Below are positions 14,901 to 28,661 of a stretch of DNA of 64,000 bases, in pieces. Within the stretch, counting starts at the first letter, position 1; every line of letters begins with the position of its first letter. Source of the stretch: Balanoglossus misakiensis (Eukaryota > Animalia > Hemichordata). The notes beneath the pieces are model-generated. The model saw nothing but the letters and a program-made list of their open reading frames with translations, ran no database searches and was not told the origin of the DNA. The position numbers and the translations under genes were made by a program. Location: the NCBI GenBank assembly GCA_040954595.2, contig CM082592.2, positions 6,004,308 through 6,068,307 on the forward strand, read 5' to 3'.

Positions 14901-17900
14901 AAATGAACCAGTTTTACAATTTTTCTCTGGAACTAGAATGTAAAAGAATGCCTGTTGCGGTTGATTACATGTGCGTGTTTTGTAAGTACTACCGGTAGTA
15001 TACAACGCTACCTCACACACAAACTCTGTCCTTTGAAAATGCGTCATGGACTTCCAACATTCCCAGAGAACAACTGACCCGTGGAAACACTGCTACCTGC
15101 ATGACAATTGTTTAGATTGCACTACAATGCATGGAATGTCTCTCAGTTCATCGAACCAACTGTGTTAAAAAGGCATTGTTTGACTTCATTTTAAAAGAGA
15201 GAGTAAATTTTTGGTTATTTTTTGTTTCATGTACAAAAGAGTTGTCTTAATGCGATGTGAATTTTGATATGTTGCACAGCATATTAGCTTGACAGGGTCA
15301 CTGAAGCGAAAGTACAATATTAATATTTGATTTGTTTGGGTGTTGAAAAATTGAACTATTTCAAGCTGGTTAGGAGGCCCAATAAATAACTGCAGGATTC
15401 ATGGATATCTCTTAAATGTCAATTCTATATAAATATTCATTTGATATTTCTCATGGATTGAAATTAAATTAATGGAAACGTCTTTGAGAGGTGCATGAAG
15501 TTTTAAAACTCCTACAGTGATTGACAGCTGACCATATGACTTTTACCAATAAAATAATAAAAAGTTTTTGAGAAAATTTTTGATATTTTGGTATCATGTC
15601 GTGTGAGATATCATTTTTTGTTGCTCTGCAGATATAGGCTGAAATGTTTGTTGGTTTTAAACATATAACATGTATTGTGACATTTCTTATCAATTATTTC
15701 CTTGCCATTTATTTGTGGTGAATACCTGAAATGGTGGATTTTACAAAGGGGGGAAGCAATCAATGTTTAATATGTCATATCAATTTTTATCACGTGTAAT
15801 TGTCCTCAGATGTAAAGGCTCATCCCTGACCAACCACAACACAAATTTCTCCCCTACATATAGTGTGCGCCTGCTTGTATCCAATTATTCTTACAAACGG
15901 TCACACCACCAATAGGCAACTTCACCTGGCATTTGCAGTTGCCATGGCATTTTAATTGCCAATGTGTGTGTAATGAAGACAACGACTGGGGGATGTGCAG
16001 CCCTGCAATCGTTGGTGAATTTGCATAAAACCCAGACAATAGTACTGAACATCATTTCATGTTTAGCATCCATGCATTTATAGCATCGAGCATCTACTGA
16101 ATTTAATGCCACGGATGACATCAGTGAGATTCAATTCACGATGTGGAAATCACTCATTGCTGTGGAATAAATCTGATCTACACCGAGGCTTAAATTCAAT
16201 ATAAGCAATTCATCACAGGCTTTCAGTCAGTCTAGCGTATTTGATGGACTCTGATCATCACCAGAATGTTAGGCAAATACGTGGAGTGGTGCATTTATGA
16301 GCAAGTACTTGATGAAGCAGATGTACATTACGGAGGAAAGATTATTCACGACATCAATGGTGAAGATTCTGACAAAGCAATCTCTCGATAATACTTGCTG
16401 AACGTCTGAAGTGAGAGAAAATTTGTATCGACACTGCATGAATGCAGACATCGAGTATTGCTTGCTACATTACAATGATTACTGAATATGCTTAAATGTT
16501 CAGCGTTATCCCCAACAATCCCACACCGAATCGATTCCATTGCACATAAAAAAAGCAAGTATGTATATTTCCACAAGGAAAATATGTCAGACTTATTATT
16601 TATACCTAACTGAGAATTGTCATTTGTTTGATAAGCAAAACAAGTCATAAGGTTTCTGAGCAAAAATTCCAACATCCATATCTCTCTTCTTTATTTTCAA
16701 AAAGTGTTATCTGTGCATGCAACTGAAAAACACACACTGACTCATCATGAAATGCTATCTTGCTCTACCAGGAGGAGAAAATGAAATAAACAGGAAGAGC
16801 ACTCTGAGGGTTCAGTCCAGGCAATGGCTTCTTTCCGGTTGTGGAATTTCATTATTTTCATCTTGATATCAAGGTCAATCAAACTAAAAGTCAACCAGAG
16901 CTAGATTTTTATCTCAGTAAAGTACTGATGGCAAGTGAGCAAATGGCTTGTGACGAGAAAAGCCAGCAGATTAAATGCACTGATAAGTCAGAAACAAAAC
17001 CTGATGTCATAATCACCGTGTGTATGTATGACTTCAGTTTTTATTACTCTCTCCAATCATGTGCATACAAATCGGGTTTTTTTGAAAAGTTAAAATCTGA
17101 TTGATGTGCAATCACGGTAATGTTCTACTTCTACTCTGTCATAAAAATTTCATCGGTAGAAAGATGTTGCCTATTCAAGCATTACAGCAAGAATTGCTTG
17201 TGAGGAGTTTGCAAATAACCTTCGCTGACATTTTGAACTGCATTCACAATGTATGTGGGAAGAAAGTACAGTAGTTGTGAAGACAAAACATTCCAATTAT
17301 CATATCAATACAAAAACATTTGCTGATTAATTTCAGTGATTTTGTTGCGTAAGGTGAAGGACACAAAATTGTCAATTATTAATATAATACATTACTGTGT
17401 TATAGATTTCAATAACACAATGTAAAACAGAGCCGTAACTCCACATTTAAATGTCAACACTTTATCAGTGAGTAAGTTCCTCAATACATTCCATGTTACA
17501 TGTTAGGGCAAGTAACATGTTTACTATATCGACACAAGTATGTCATTAGGTCACATAGCTTGACTTCGTATGATATCACCAATGACACATTGTTACCTAG
17601 TCCATACCCAGCTTAGCATGCTTAGTGTATCATGGATCGCGTCAATCTGGAGTTAATGGAGTTGTTTATCCCCAAGACTAAACACACAAATCTCTAAAGT
17701 TTCGTTTACAAGTGGAGATTTATTAGAATGTGAAACAAATTACTATAAGACGGAAAGTCCATTATTCTTATAAAATTTATCACTGCCTGTGAACTGACTA
17801 GAAAGTAGAATTACTGATGATGATGATGATGAATTGATGATGATGATGATGATGATGTAATGTAACTTTCACAATGTGCCTTGTCAACAAAGGTGGGGGT

Positions 17901-18511
17901 GTATACAATTTCTTTTGTTTACAAGTTTCATACGATCTGTCAAACTCAAAGCACAGTAATAAGCCCTTCCCATCATGACTGTACCACATTATGCGTGTGC
18001 TCTGCATCTTATATGGTACACTGTAGTTATCAGCCTATCAAGCAGCACAGTTATCTTTACACAATACTATAAAATCACATAAGAGCTTGTCCCACAAGAA
18101 ATTTATGTCGACCTCCTAGACACAGCCTGTGTTTGTAGGTTTCACAATGCAATATGTATTATTGTGATGGGGCTTACAATATACGTGACACTAATGAAAA
18201 TAAAAACATTTCTCCACGTCAAGTTTGTCCTTACAGCAATTATAGATTTCACACAAGACCACACACTTAAACCTGCAACAAGGTGCAGTCCACAACGCTG
18301 AAATGGGTGCTAGAATACTCCCATCATAGGGATAGCGTTTCATCATGTAACGTTGCAGTACGGGTCATGTACAGAGATTTACTAATAGGCCAATGATTTG
18401 TACTCACGGAAAGACGAAGAACAACGTCGTACACCCGAGGAGAAGCGAATACGCGAAGGTCACTGGAATGTACTTTGATGACGGTTTACACTTCTTCTTG
18501 CAGCACGCCAT
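2964..18511 (-). CDS. ZDHHC8: DHHC palmitoyltransferase, ZDHHC5/ZDHHC8 ortholog (8 coding exons, ~565 aa)
   Basis: Exons (-): 18408-18511 ([35 protein letters not shown]), 7536-7657, 6214-6371 ([27 protein letters not shown]), 5655-5824 ([25 protein letters not shown] motif), 5368-5470 (RGRTTNEQ), 4945-5036 ([16 protein letters not shown]), 4616-4754, 2964-3773. Phases join into one open frame ending in YEISV, the PDZ-binding end typical of ZDHHC5/8. Probably the single pro-ortholog of vertebrate ZDHHC5 and ZDHHC8. Confidence 0.95.
5471..5654 (-). other. U12-type (minor spliceosome) GT-AG intron 4 of the ZDHHC gene
   Basis: The 5' splice site reads GTATCCTTT (minus strand, 5654-5646) and the branch point reads TCCTTAAC (5495-5488), about 15 nt upstream of the AG, with no long polypyrimidine tract. 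Splicing here keeps the frame (..IIVS|IVNMV..). Confidence 0.9.
10673..11110. mobile_element. Non-autonomous hairpin element (Helentron/HINE-like or MITE) in ZDHHC intron 1
   Basis: An imperfect ~190-bp palindrome at 10673-10865 has a perfect core, TGTGAGTTACCAGAATCATATGCTATTTCCC-gaggccgcaggccga-GGGAAATAGCATATGATTCTGGTAACTCACA. A second short inverted pair follows: ATAATAAACCTCATGCT (10868-10884) and AGCATGAGGTATATTAT (11094-11110). Family assignment is inference. Confidence 0.7.
14089..14129. mobile_element. 41-bp micro-MITE with 17-bp TIRs and 9-bp target-site duplication
   Basis: AGGTGAACC (14080-14088) | TAGCCTAGTCTCCATAC-caagtgt-GTATGGAGACCAGGCTA | AGGTGAACC (14130-14138). The TIRs match 16/17 and the TSD is perfect. 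Confidence 0.8.
17815..17857. repeat. (TGA)n microsatellite
   Basis: Interrupted tgatgatga run in ZDHHC intron 1. Confidence 0.9.
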
Positions 18512-19010
18512 GATCGCAGTAAAATCATAAAATTATCAGGATATACACTTAAAATATTGTCGTCTTCGTTGGCCCTTCCTTTTGGAAATTGCCCTGTGCC
18601 TGACAACACCTAACAATATCCCGCCGCCAAATAAAATAAATCTAGGTGTTCCTATCGGCAGCATTAATAACAACGTCGAACTTAGGAGACTAAAGTAAGG
18701 TTATAGGGAAGTTTTGTGAAAATTCAATCGACAGAAGTACACAAAAACTACAAGTTCTCAATATTATTGGGGTTGATGCGTATGAATTATTAGGTCGATA
18801 TGTCGTGAGTCGCCAAACTCGGAAAGGACACTGGGTAATATTAAAAATGGCCGCCGACATATCGGAAAACAGACAGTGATACCGGTGCAGCGGAGGAGTC
18901 TGTGATTACGAAGAGTTTCTTCGGTGATTCCAAATCCTGTTAAAGCCAACACTTATCGACTGCGGTGAAAATCGACCCGGTTTAAGTCTGTGATCGCTGT
19001 CAATCGCAAA
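18512..19010. promoter_or_regulatory. Shared bidirectional promoter/5'UTR region, ZDHHC (-) and TLDc gene (+)
   Basis: The two ATGs (18511 on -, 19011 on +) are 500 bp apart. The region is locally CpG-rich and contains a YY1-like AAAATGGCCGCC at ~18844. Confidence 0.65.
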
Positions 19011-22000
19011 ATGGGACAATCAAACAGCCAGGGGCCCAGGATACGTCGTCACTCTTCGGCGAGACACCGGTCGCTGGACGAAGCTCCCCCACAGCTGGTC
19101 AATCTCATGCAGGTACATTGTGATGATTATTGTGATAACCCACGAATGTTAACTTACTAGTGATGAGAAGAAATCAAGATATTCACTCGACGATAATAAT
19201 ACGATACCAAAGTGGTATTGGTAGAATATTGTAATTTGTGAAGTTCGTTACCCTGTGTTTACTTTATGTGTCATCATCCCACAATTTGTACGTGTGATGT
19301 TGTTTACATGTTTACATGTTGTTTACAAATTGCTTGGTATTGTCCCTTGATAGCTATTGTACTGCAGCTATGTCCATTGACCGACCAGAGTCACCCATGG
19401 ACCAACGTCCATGATTTTAACAGATCTTGCCAGTTCTCCGCTCTTTGTAACTCTCAGCATCCCACTTGTCTGATGTCGTCACGTATTAATTTTGAGCACT
19501 GCAATCTCAAAATAACCTTTGACACACTGACAAGTGCGTTCGGTTGCTGACCTGAATACATTGTTCATAACTGTAGAATATATTCTGGTGATGACATCAT
19601 GATAGAGCTAATGATGGTTGTACAAAAAATGTACTACAAAGCATAGCAGCTTGTTGAAAATTTTCAGTTTTAAACATTTGTCTGGGTAATTTTTTAAAAG
19701 AATAACTGCAAATTTCAAATAAATTATTTTGTACCTCCTTGATGATTCTAATTAGCCTCCTATTGTTTACTCTACAGAGAAGGTTATCTGGTTCGATGGA
19801 GAGTTCAAGCATTGATAAGGAAGCTTTCCAGGTGAGCCCCGAAACAAGTTGTTGCATTATCGTCGTGTGAAGTCAAACAACATAATTTGTTTTAAAGAAT
19901 CAAGCAGTTGGGTGAATTGTAGATCCCAGAATGACTTCATTGAGATTTTGACTAACTTGTTGTCAGATGTCATTTTTTTTCTTTTTTTTCGAATTTCAGC
20001 AATATTTTTCCAACCCAGCAGAAGGGTTCGGACAGCTTTTGTATGAACACGTGAACAGACAGAATCATTCTAAGGATCCCGATGCGGTAGATGGCGGCGA
20101 CGGTGACACCATTCCCGTTAAAAGAGAGGACTTCATCACGGCAGCCAAGAATCTGCTCACCCTCAGCAGTAGTAAATCGGATCAAATCAAATTCTACTGC
20201 AGAATATATTCTAGAGGCGAAGACAAACTGGGTGAAGAAGGTGGGGCTTTATTGCTTTAATCTCCAATTGAGTACATTTCAATATGTACAGTGCAGCTTA
20301 GGAATAGCTTTCCAATTTGCTAACAACTTGTTGACGCAGTGTTTTTAATGGGTCAGCATTTGTTAACCTGAGCGTTAACCTGCGTTAACTTGTGCGTTAA
20401 CTTGTGTGTTGCAACAGTGTTACAAAGGTGTGAAACAGCTCACCCACTTGGCATTGTTTGCAGTTAGCGCCTAACGCACATTATTTAACTGACGCCACCC
20501 ACGCACCCTATTAATTGACACATTGTTTCAATGCTTTTGTTAGGTCAACACAGCACATAAACTTATACATTGTTTCTATCAAAGGTTCATTACAATGGTG
20601 ACTCCCTGTGTGAAATCAGTGACACCAAGAATTCTAGTTGCATGAGTAGTTTGTGGTGTTCTTTTTTCATGTACAGGTTAAAAATTCTCTTGTGACTTGT
20701 GGAATCACAACATGTCCTTCACTAGGGCAAAATGAGTGAATGGCCATGCAGTCATGTACGTTTGTAAATACACACACACTCTCTGCCACACACATCACAC
20801 ACACACACAACTAACTGGCATGAAAAAGTAAAAACAGCCAACAAAGACAGTTGTTTTAAACAGTATTAAAGGATGTACGGTAATCAATCCTTCGATTCCA
20901 CCAGGAAAAAATAATTATTCTTTACAAAAAGACGAAACAATGGGGTAAAAATGAGTCAAAGTGCCAGAACGACCCCTCCGACATTTATGCAAATTAGGTT
21001 CAAATAGGCTTCATGGTGCGATTGAAAATCAACAACACATTTCGCCAACTTGTCCCATTTGTTGTTCCACATCAAATGAATGGAAGATCCGAGAAAATCC
21101 ACACTTTTCCAGTTTTTGCAGAGTCATCCTATAAGTATAAGCGCTACTATGGTACCGCTTACAGCTTTGAAACCAGTGGGAATATACTACGTAGTAAAAG
21201 CATACCAGGATGTGGGTGGGAACACGCTTTGAGTTGGTCCCTTGGGACAAAGACGTTTTTAATTTATTCACGCACAGGGATGTATTTTTAGCCAGACAAT
21301 GGCAAGACCTAGTTGCCTAGCAATTATCGCCATGAACTTTGCTACAAGTTTCACTATCACTTCCACTGGGCGTCTCAATTTTTTCAGCAGAGCCCCAGCT
21401 GCAGTAAGTTCCGACTACCTCAAGGTTTTGCCTGTAGGTTTTGGGGCACCACATTTTACTATTGACCATCAGCAACAAGGCACATTGACAGTTGACTAAG
21501 CAAGGTGCTAAACATCGCTCTTTTCAGAGGGGTAATTTTACACGCAAGCTCATTAGAAACTGCCACTTGTATCCCCTCAATTTTCAGCCACCCCCCTGTT
21601 ACAAAATGACCCCTTTCCTTAATTAACTATTCACGCCTGATTTGAGGTCAGACAAGGGTCATTCATTCATGGCTGTTTGAGGGGGCTTACGCGTTTAGCA
21701 ATAGGCGAAATTTTAGGGGTTGTAAAATAATTAATTATCAGAAAAATAGTGGGTGGACGAACTAAGAGTAATTGATCATTTTATGGGTCAATTTTTACAT
21801 TCTTGACGCACCCTATTGTTTTGACACACCCCAGTTAAACGCAAGCCTATTAGGTGCTAATGGCCTACCATTAGAGCGTCAATAGGATGCTGACCTGTGC
21901 GTTTAAAGGCGTTTAAACAGAGTTGACGCAGCGTTTAAACAGAGTTGACGCAGTGTTTAAATGGAGCTGACCCAGTGTTGGTGCAGTTGGAAAGCTATTC

Positions 22001-24520
22001 CTAAGCTGCACTGTAGCTATGCAAATTGCAAGATGATGTTGCCGATTGTTTAACTGCAACCTGATGATAGCATGCTCTTTCCTCCGCAGATGCCAGAAAG
22101 ATGGTCGAACATGCCTGTGTGATGTACATGGCGTCATCGGGCTACAGGTGCGAGGTGACGGAGAACACCCACGCTGACATCTTCGCGAAGTTTGGCAGCA
22201 AGCTGGCCTCCTGCAAGGACATGAACGCCCTGAGTTACTGCGTGCAGTGCAACTGCCCGGATCTACTTAACGGGATGCATGAATGGGCCGTGTCGCTTCT
22301 CAATTCAGAGGCAGATCCAGACGTGAGTATTGTCGATTTTCACATTGGTTTTGTTGCGTCGCAAGTTGCAGTGATCCAGCAGCAGGTGAAGTGTGTGCTG
22401 ATGACACCATTCATGATGATGGTATCACAAATGCATGCCTTGTTTTTGTTTGGACCCTTTACCGTGTTCCATCCAGGATGGCATCAACAGGGGGGTGGGG
22501 ATTTATCCCCCTTTGCCAGAATATTTGAGGGGATTCCACTCTGGCCAGGGGGTATGTAATATCTCCATCTGAGTTAAGGGGTACTGGTCCCTCCTTGACA
22601 TATTGCTAGGGGTGCCAACATGTCAACAGGGCCCCTCAGGCCCCGCCAAGATGAAACATTGCTGTTTGCTACTGAACCTTGGTTTGAACCGTGGTCCTGC
22701 ATGTAGCAAAAGAACATGCATGTTCTGCTAAAATGAATGATTGTGGGTGATAATACGCACACTTTTTCTCTCTCTCCCTATATCAGTCATTACAGCCAAT
22801 CGAAGACGAAAGGTTACCAGGCTCCATGCTGAGCTACCCGCTAGCATGGCTCATATCTGTCAGTATTCCAGCAACTTACATAGTCGAGTCAACCATGAAA
22901 GGTGCTTTGGAAAGTGTAAGTCCAGATTGTAATTGTAAATAGTATGTTATTATTAACTGCAACTTGGGCAAACTTCTTTTTAGATGATATTCAATAGCAT
23001 TATCTGAATTTTTGACATGACCTATAACCTGCACTCTACGACATATGATGACATAACAGCCCTGTACTGTAATACATACACAAAGGTTATGCATTACAAG
23101 CGTAGCCTATATGACATAATAATTGGTTAAATTTTCATTTTATGCTGCTTTTAATTAATGTGCATGCAAATCTATTTTTCGTTTTGTTTCAGACAACTGA
23201 GCTACGATGGGACCACTGGACGACGCTGTATGACAGCAACAGTAAGGGCCTCAGTATGAATAGGTTTCAGCATCACACGTTCAATTACAAAGGACCAACC
23301 ATCATGCTGGTCAACTGTGGGGATGGTTACTTGTATGTCATTGCCGCGGACCAAGAATGGAGGTACGTATCATGTCTTGGCCCCACTTGTACCAAATAGC
23401 ACCGTAGAATAGGCAAATTTGAGGTATTCAAACCAAACAGTTGAATGAAAAGTACCCGGCAACTTCTCTTGTGCTGTAACTGCCAACAGTGCAACTGTCA
23501 GATCCGTAAGATCGTCAGTGTCATGTGTTCAGAATGCAACATATCCACTTTGAGTATCAGAATATCCTAATAGGCTATACTGTGTCTCATGTATGTGTTT
23601 TACTTAAAAGTTTGCTGGATTTTTTTCATTGCAGAGAAAGCACTCATCACTGGGGTGGTGTTGGTTGTGCAGCTCTGCAATTATTGCCCACATTCAAGGC
23701 TTTAGAAGGCAAGTATCAAATTCTTTCTTCGGGTAGTGTGTACCTTGAAAATCGAAGTCTTAAACTTTGTCTCGCAATCTGCTCAAGACAGCTCTAGGTT
23801 ATTATTCTCTCGTTTATTTGTTTCTTCCGTTTCTGGCATCAGAGGGTAACGACATGTTGTTTCTGAATGAGAGATCGCGGAGCTTGCCGAGGGGGATCAT
23901 CGTTGGGAAGAACAACAACTATCCAGTGCTGACGATAGACGGGGGCATGTCAGAGGTCACGCATAAACATGGCATGAAAAGTACTCTGGATTCGATCGAG
24001 GTTAGTGCTTGTCGACTTTAGTGAAATTTGATGCGAGTCAGTCATGTTAGACTGTGCTGCAAGTCTGATTGGTTGTAATTCCAATTTGATGTGTCCTATG
24101 TATATTTTGATTTACAATAATATAACCACATAGAATTCCATCTTGATTTTTTTGTGTTTTTCAGGTGATCGGTTGTGGTGGAAATGCAGCAATGGCGTGT
24201 CAGGTGAAACAGAAAGAGTGGGAAAAGAGACAAGTGCAAAAACAAAGAAAGGTAAAGTCACCCTCTGTAGAATCATCAGTTGACCATTTTCTCTTCTTGC
24301 TATTTCTTAAGTATTCCTGAGACATGTTGCTGTTTGTTAGAGTTGCCTTTGATGCGGGGAGACATTTAAAAACTAAAGAACGGGTAAATCATCATTATCT
24401 GACTTTTTTTTCCAGGTCCCACTTCCAGGCAAGTGGGAAGAAAATCCAGACAAATATTTGCTGGATCTTGGTGGAGTGAAGGTCAACCATGCAGAACAGA
24501 TAGGAAGAGATAACTACTGA
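19011..24520 (+). CDS. N-myristoylated TLDc-domain protein (EAK-7/MEAK7/Rtc5 type), 10 coding exons, ~450 aa
   Basis: Exons: 19011-19112 (MGQSNSQG, Gly2/Ser6 myristoylation motif), 19778-19831, 20000-20240, 22090-22322, 22787-22915, 23193-23362 (WTTLYDSNSKGLSMNRFQHHTFNYKGPTIMLV, TLDc start), 23635-23708, 23843-24000, 24165-24251 (IE|VIGCGG, TLDc end), 24416-24520 (VPLPGKWEENPDKYLLDLGG, stop). All phases are consistent. Confidence 0.85.
20289..22013. mobile_element. Tc1/mariner-type non-autonomous DNA transposon (~1.7 kb) in intron 3 of the TLDc gene
   Basis: Perfect 27-bp TIR CAGTGCAGCTTAGGAATAGCTTTCCAA (20289-20315), with its reverse complement at 21987-22013, flanked by TA on both sides (20287-88, 22014-15). 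Subterminal GTTAAC and GTTGACGCAG repeats are present. No transposase ORF was recognised. Confidence 0.85.
23709..23842 (+). other. GC-AG intron in the TLDc gene
   Basis: Donor AAG|GCAAGT is the canonical strong GC-donor context. It joins in frame to CATCAG|AGGGTAAC, giving ..KALE-E-GNDMLFLNER. Confidence 0.75.
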
Positions 24521-25772
24521 AGGAATTGCTTGCCTCATTCAATCTTTCCATGCCTTTGTACAGCACGTTCCTGCCAAACAAACTCCATGACATGTACATA
24601 ATCTGTGTGGTTTTCAAACTGAATGAAAATAGGATATATTTTCTGAGGCCAACTGTAAACAAGATTTAGATATTTTTAGTGGCAACTCATCAAAATACTC
24701 TATTTATAACTGTAAAAATTTACATTGTTCTAAACAATTTATGCATATGTTTTACTAATTTTTTTCCATTTTAATTAAATATCATTTTTGCGATGCAAGT
24801 CAGCAAAGCAGGTTCAGAACAATCAAAGGTCTGAGTTACTGAGACTTAATGTCTTCTAATTTTTGAGGAAATGGAGTTGGTTGCTGTCGAAAGATATCAG
24901 AGAAATAAGATTGTGAAGAAAATTTTGATGTATGAGATTTGCAGATGATACATAGTGCAATAATATAAAAATGAGTAGCCTATAAACTTTTTATAAGACA
25001 AAAGTATGTTTTTATAGTATTTTCCATGACTTGTTGGATTTTGACATTTCCAGCTGTAGAATTATCAGCAGAAAGACCCATGTATCACCTTATTTACTTG
25101 TGTAATATGCAAGAAATATGTTATTTACTAAAAGAAAATGACATTTTATTTATTATATATGAAAAGAAAATTTACCAAGACAAATCATTTTGAAGCATAC
25201 ATGGATTTGCTCGCACAAAATGTTATCTATGATGAAAATAGCAACCTACTTTTATTTGAGTTCGGGCATTTATGTTTGTGTGTTTTATGAGGAAATTTAC
25301 TTGTATGGCAGTGAGTGTACGTATGATCGTCCTGTTTCTCAATACTATTATGATCAACGCACAGAGGGGATATTAATTCTTTTCATTATGATATTTTTAA
25401 GTGTATTATTTTAAAATTATGCAAAATGTACTGCCATTAATTAATTCAAGATACCTGAAAGACATGGTAATCTTTCTTGCAAGCTATGACATATGTTTGG
25501 TTGTTAATGTTAGTGTACATTCTTCATTTCGTGTGCTTTTCCTCTTTGGATGTTTGACAGTTTAGACTGATTTTGCCACATGATATTGCCATTTGTAAAT
25601 TTACAACTGATATAAATGTACAAGAAATAAAACAAGTATAATGTGCTAAGAGATGATGGTTTCCAAGTTGTATTTCTTTATGCATGTTGACTTCCCATGC
25701 TTTGGTGTAGCGCCACCACCAGGCGACTAATGCATACATGGGGTCACGTAAGGTCATGACCTTTGAGAGAAA

Positions 25773-27429
25773 ATGGTGGCTTCCTTGTTTCTCGTGGCCG
25801 CCGTGTTTATTTTCATCTTCCACACGATCGTATACAAATTCAAACAGTCTCCGCGGAACTTTTTTAACCAGAAGAATGTCTTGTTTGTAACGGCTCATCC
25901 AGACGATGAATGTATGTTCTTCTCACCGACAATTTTAAGCGCCAAGAATGCGTTCTTGACATGTCTCAGTACAGGTGGGTTCTCCAAGGCCATCTTGACA
26001 TTCAGGGAGTGATCAGTTATCATGGAGGAGGGGGGGGGGGGTCTTAAAGTACATTCGGCCATTGGGGATGGGTTGGAGTTTAATACTATTTTAATATTCC
26101 TTTCTTACAGGCAACTACGACAATCTTGGTGAAATCCGAAGCAAGGAGCTTTTCAAAAGTTGTAGCATTCTTGGAATTAAAAAGGAAAATGTGTCAATAG
26201 TTGACAAAGGGTAAATGTTCTTAACCTTTTCCTTATGATGTATTCTGTTTACTGAATTAAATATCAACTGTGAAACCGTTTTGCAATGCTTATCTATTCT
26301 AATATTTTAGAAATGGAATAACATCTCACTCTTTTTATTTTCAGTGAATTACAAGACGATCCCGATGAATACTGGGATGAAGATATCGTTTCAACTGTAA
26401 TTCGGTCGAAAATAGTGGAACACAGAATAGACGTGGTGGGTTAAGTTTAGTGCTTTGTATCATTAACTGTGAATGTGGGTGTTTACGAGGAATGCAGAGA
26501 GCAACGTCAATGTGGTGTGATGCAGTATGATGTTGTGTGATGTCAATGTTTGTTTTGTGTCCTTCATTGATACTAAATTTTTTTTTACCGTTTCTCAGGT
26601 TATCACCTTTGATGACAAGGGTGTCTCGGGTCATAAGAATCACATTTCCCTGTACAACGCTGTCAGGTATGTCACATGACACTATGAATTGACCTTTCAC
26701 CTTCATGCCTCTGGAATGTTTTATTTCATACAACAAAACACAAACAAAACCTGTTCAACATTTGCCAAAACTGGAAAGAATTATGTGCCGGTTCTATATA
26801 GTCTGTTGAAATCGGAAACTGAACATTTCATCAGATCAAAGTGAATCTTAGAGTGGAAATTTTCTATGTTCCCGAACCATGATGATAAACAGACTTTTTA
26901 TTTGCAGGAAACTAAAGCAGAAGAGACAGCTATCACCAGGTTAGTCGATCTGCTGTGTTACTTGACAAGATAGGAAAAATTGTAGTTGACACATTTGACC
27001 ACAGTGGTTGAAAAACTCTCCAAAAGTCACAACTGCAGTTCCTTTTCAATTTCAGGCATTGATGCATACTGCTTGGAAAGTGTGCCACTTTGGAGAAAGT
27101 ACCTCCTCTTGCTGGATCTGCCTCTCAGCTGTATGTTACAACATCGTTTGTTGTTTGTTTCCTCGTGGCAGGGCGTCGGGCAGGCTCAGGTATGGTACAA
27201 TTCAAGTTCAAAGGTCACTTTGAACCACTACCATCCAATTTGTAAATTTTGCTGCCCTCTGCAGCTTCACATTGATATTTCTTTTCTTTTTTCCCCCCAG
27301 CAAGCCATGTCTGCACACTGGAGTCAGTTTGTGTGGTTTCGGATCCTTTACATCATATTCTCCAGATACATGGTCATCAACACACTGCAACCGATTACTG
27401 ACTGGAAGATAGGAGGACGTCGTCGGTAG
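25773..27429 (+). CDS. PIGL: GlcNAc-phosphatidylinositol de-N-acetylase (GPI anchor biosynthesis), 7 exons, ~251 aa
   Basis: Exons 25773-25974 (N-terminal TM; LFVTAHPDDECMFFSPTI, HPDDE motif), 26111-26210, 26345-26435, 26599-26666 (VITFDDKGVSGHKNH, HxxH motif), 26908-26939, 27056-27189, 27301-27429 (AMSAHWSQFVWFRILYIIFSRYMVINTL). Confidence 0.96.
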
Positions 27430-27678
27430 AGATGTCAACTCTTATGTGAATTGTTCAGAAACAATATGTTGTTGTATATTTATTTTCTATTTTTTTAATG
27501 TCAAAACATACAGAAAAATTAAACTTTATAGATGTGATATCATTGTTTTTTTGTGGATTTATTAGTTTCCTGGAAAATGGTCTGGAACAGAAGGTACCGG
27601 CAATATGTTTTGAGTTACACTATACTCCAGAGATAATGTATTAGGAATTTTTTTTCAGGTTTATTCATGTCAATAGTT

Positions 27679-28661
<983 letters not shown>

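Noticed and set aside
7700-18300. Hidden nested gene in the 10.7-kb ZDHHC intron 1
   Set aside because: Only short ORFs with non-coding composition, and no consistent exon chain was found on either strand.
20362-20410. Short iterated GTTAAC repeats as a CRISPR-like array
   Set aside because: Units are ~9-11 bp with no unique spacers. They are subterminal repeats of the Tc1-type element in a eukaryotic intron.
20678-20735. Candidate extra exon in the TLDc gene
   Set aside because: Immediate stop in the required phase, and it lies inside the transposon.
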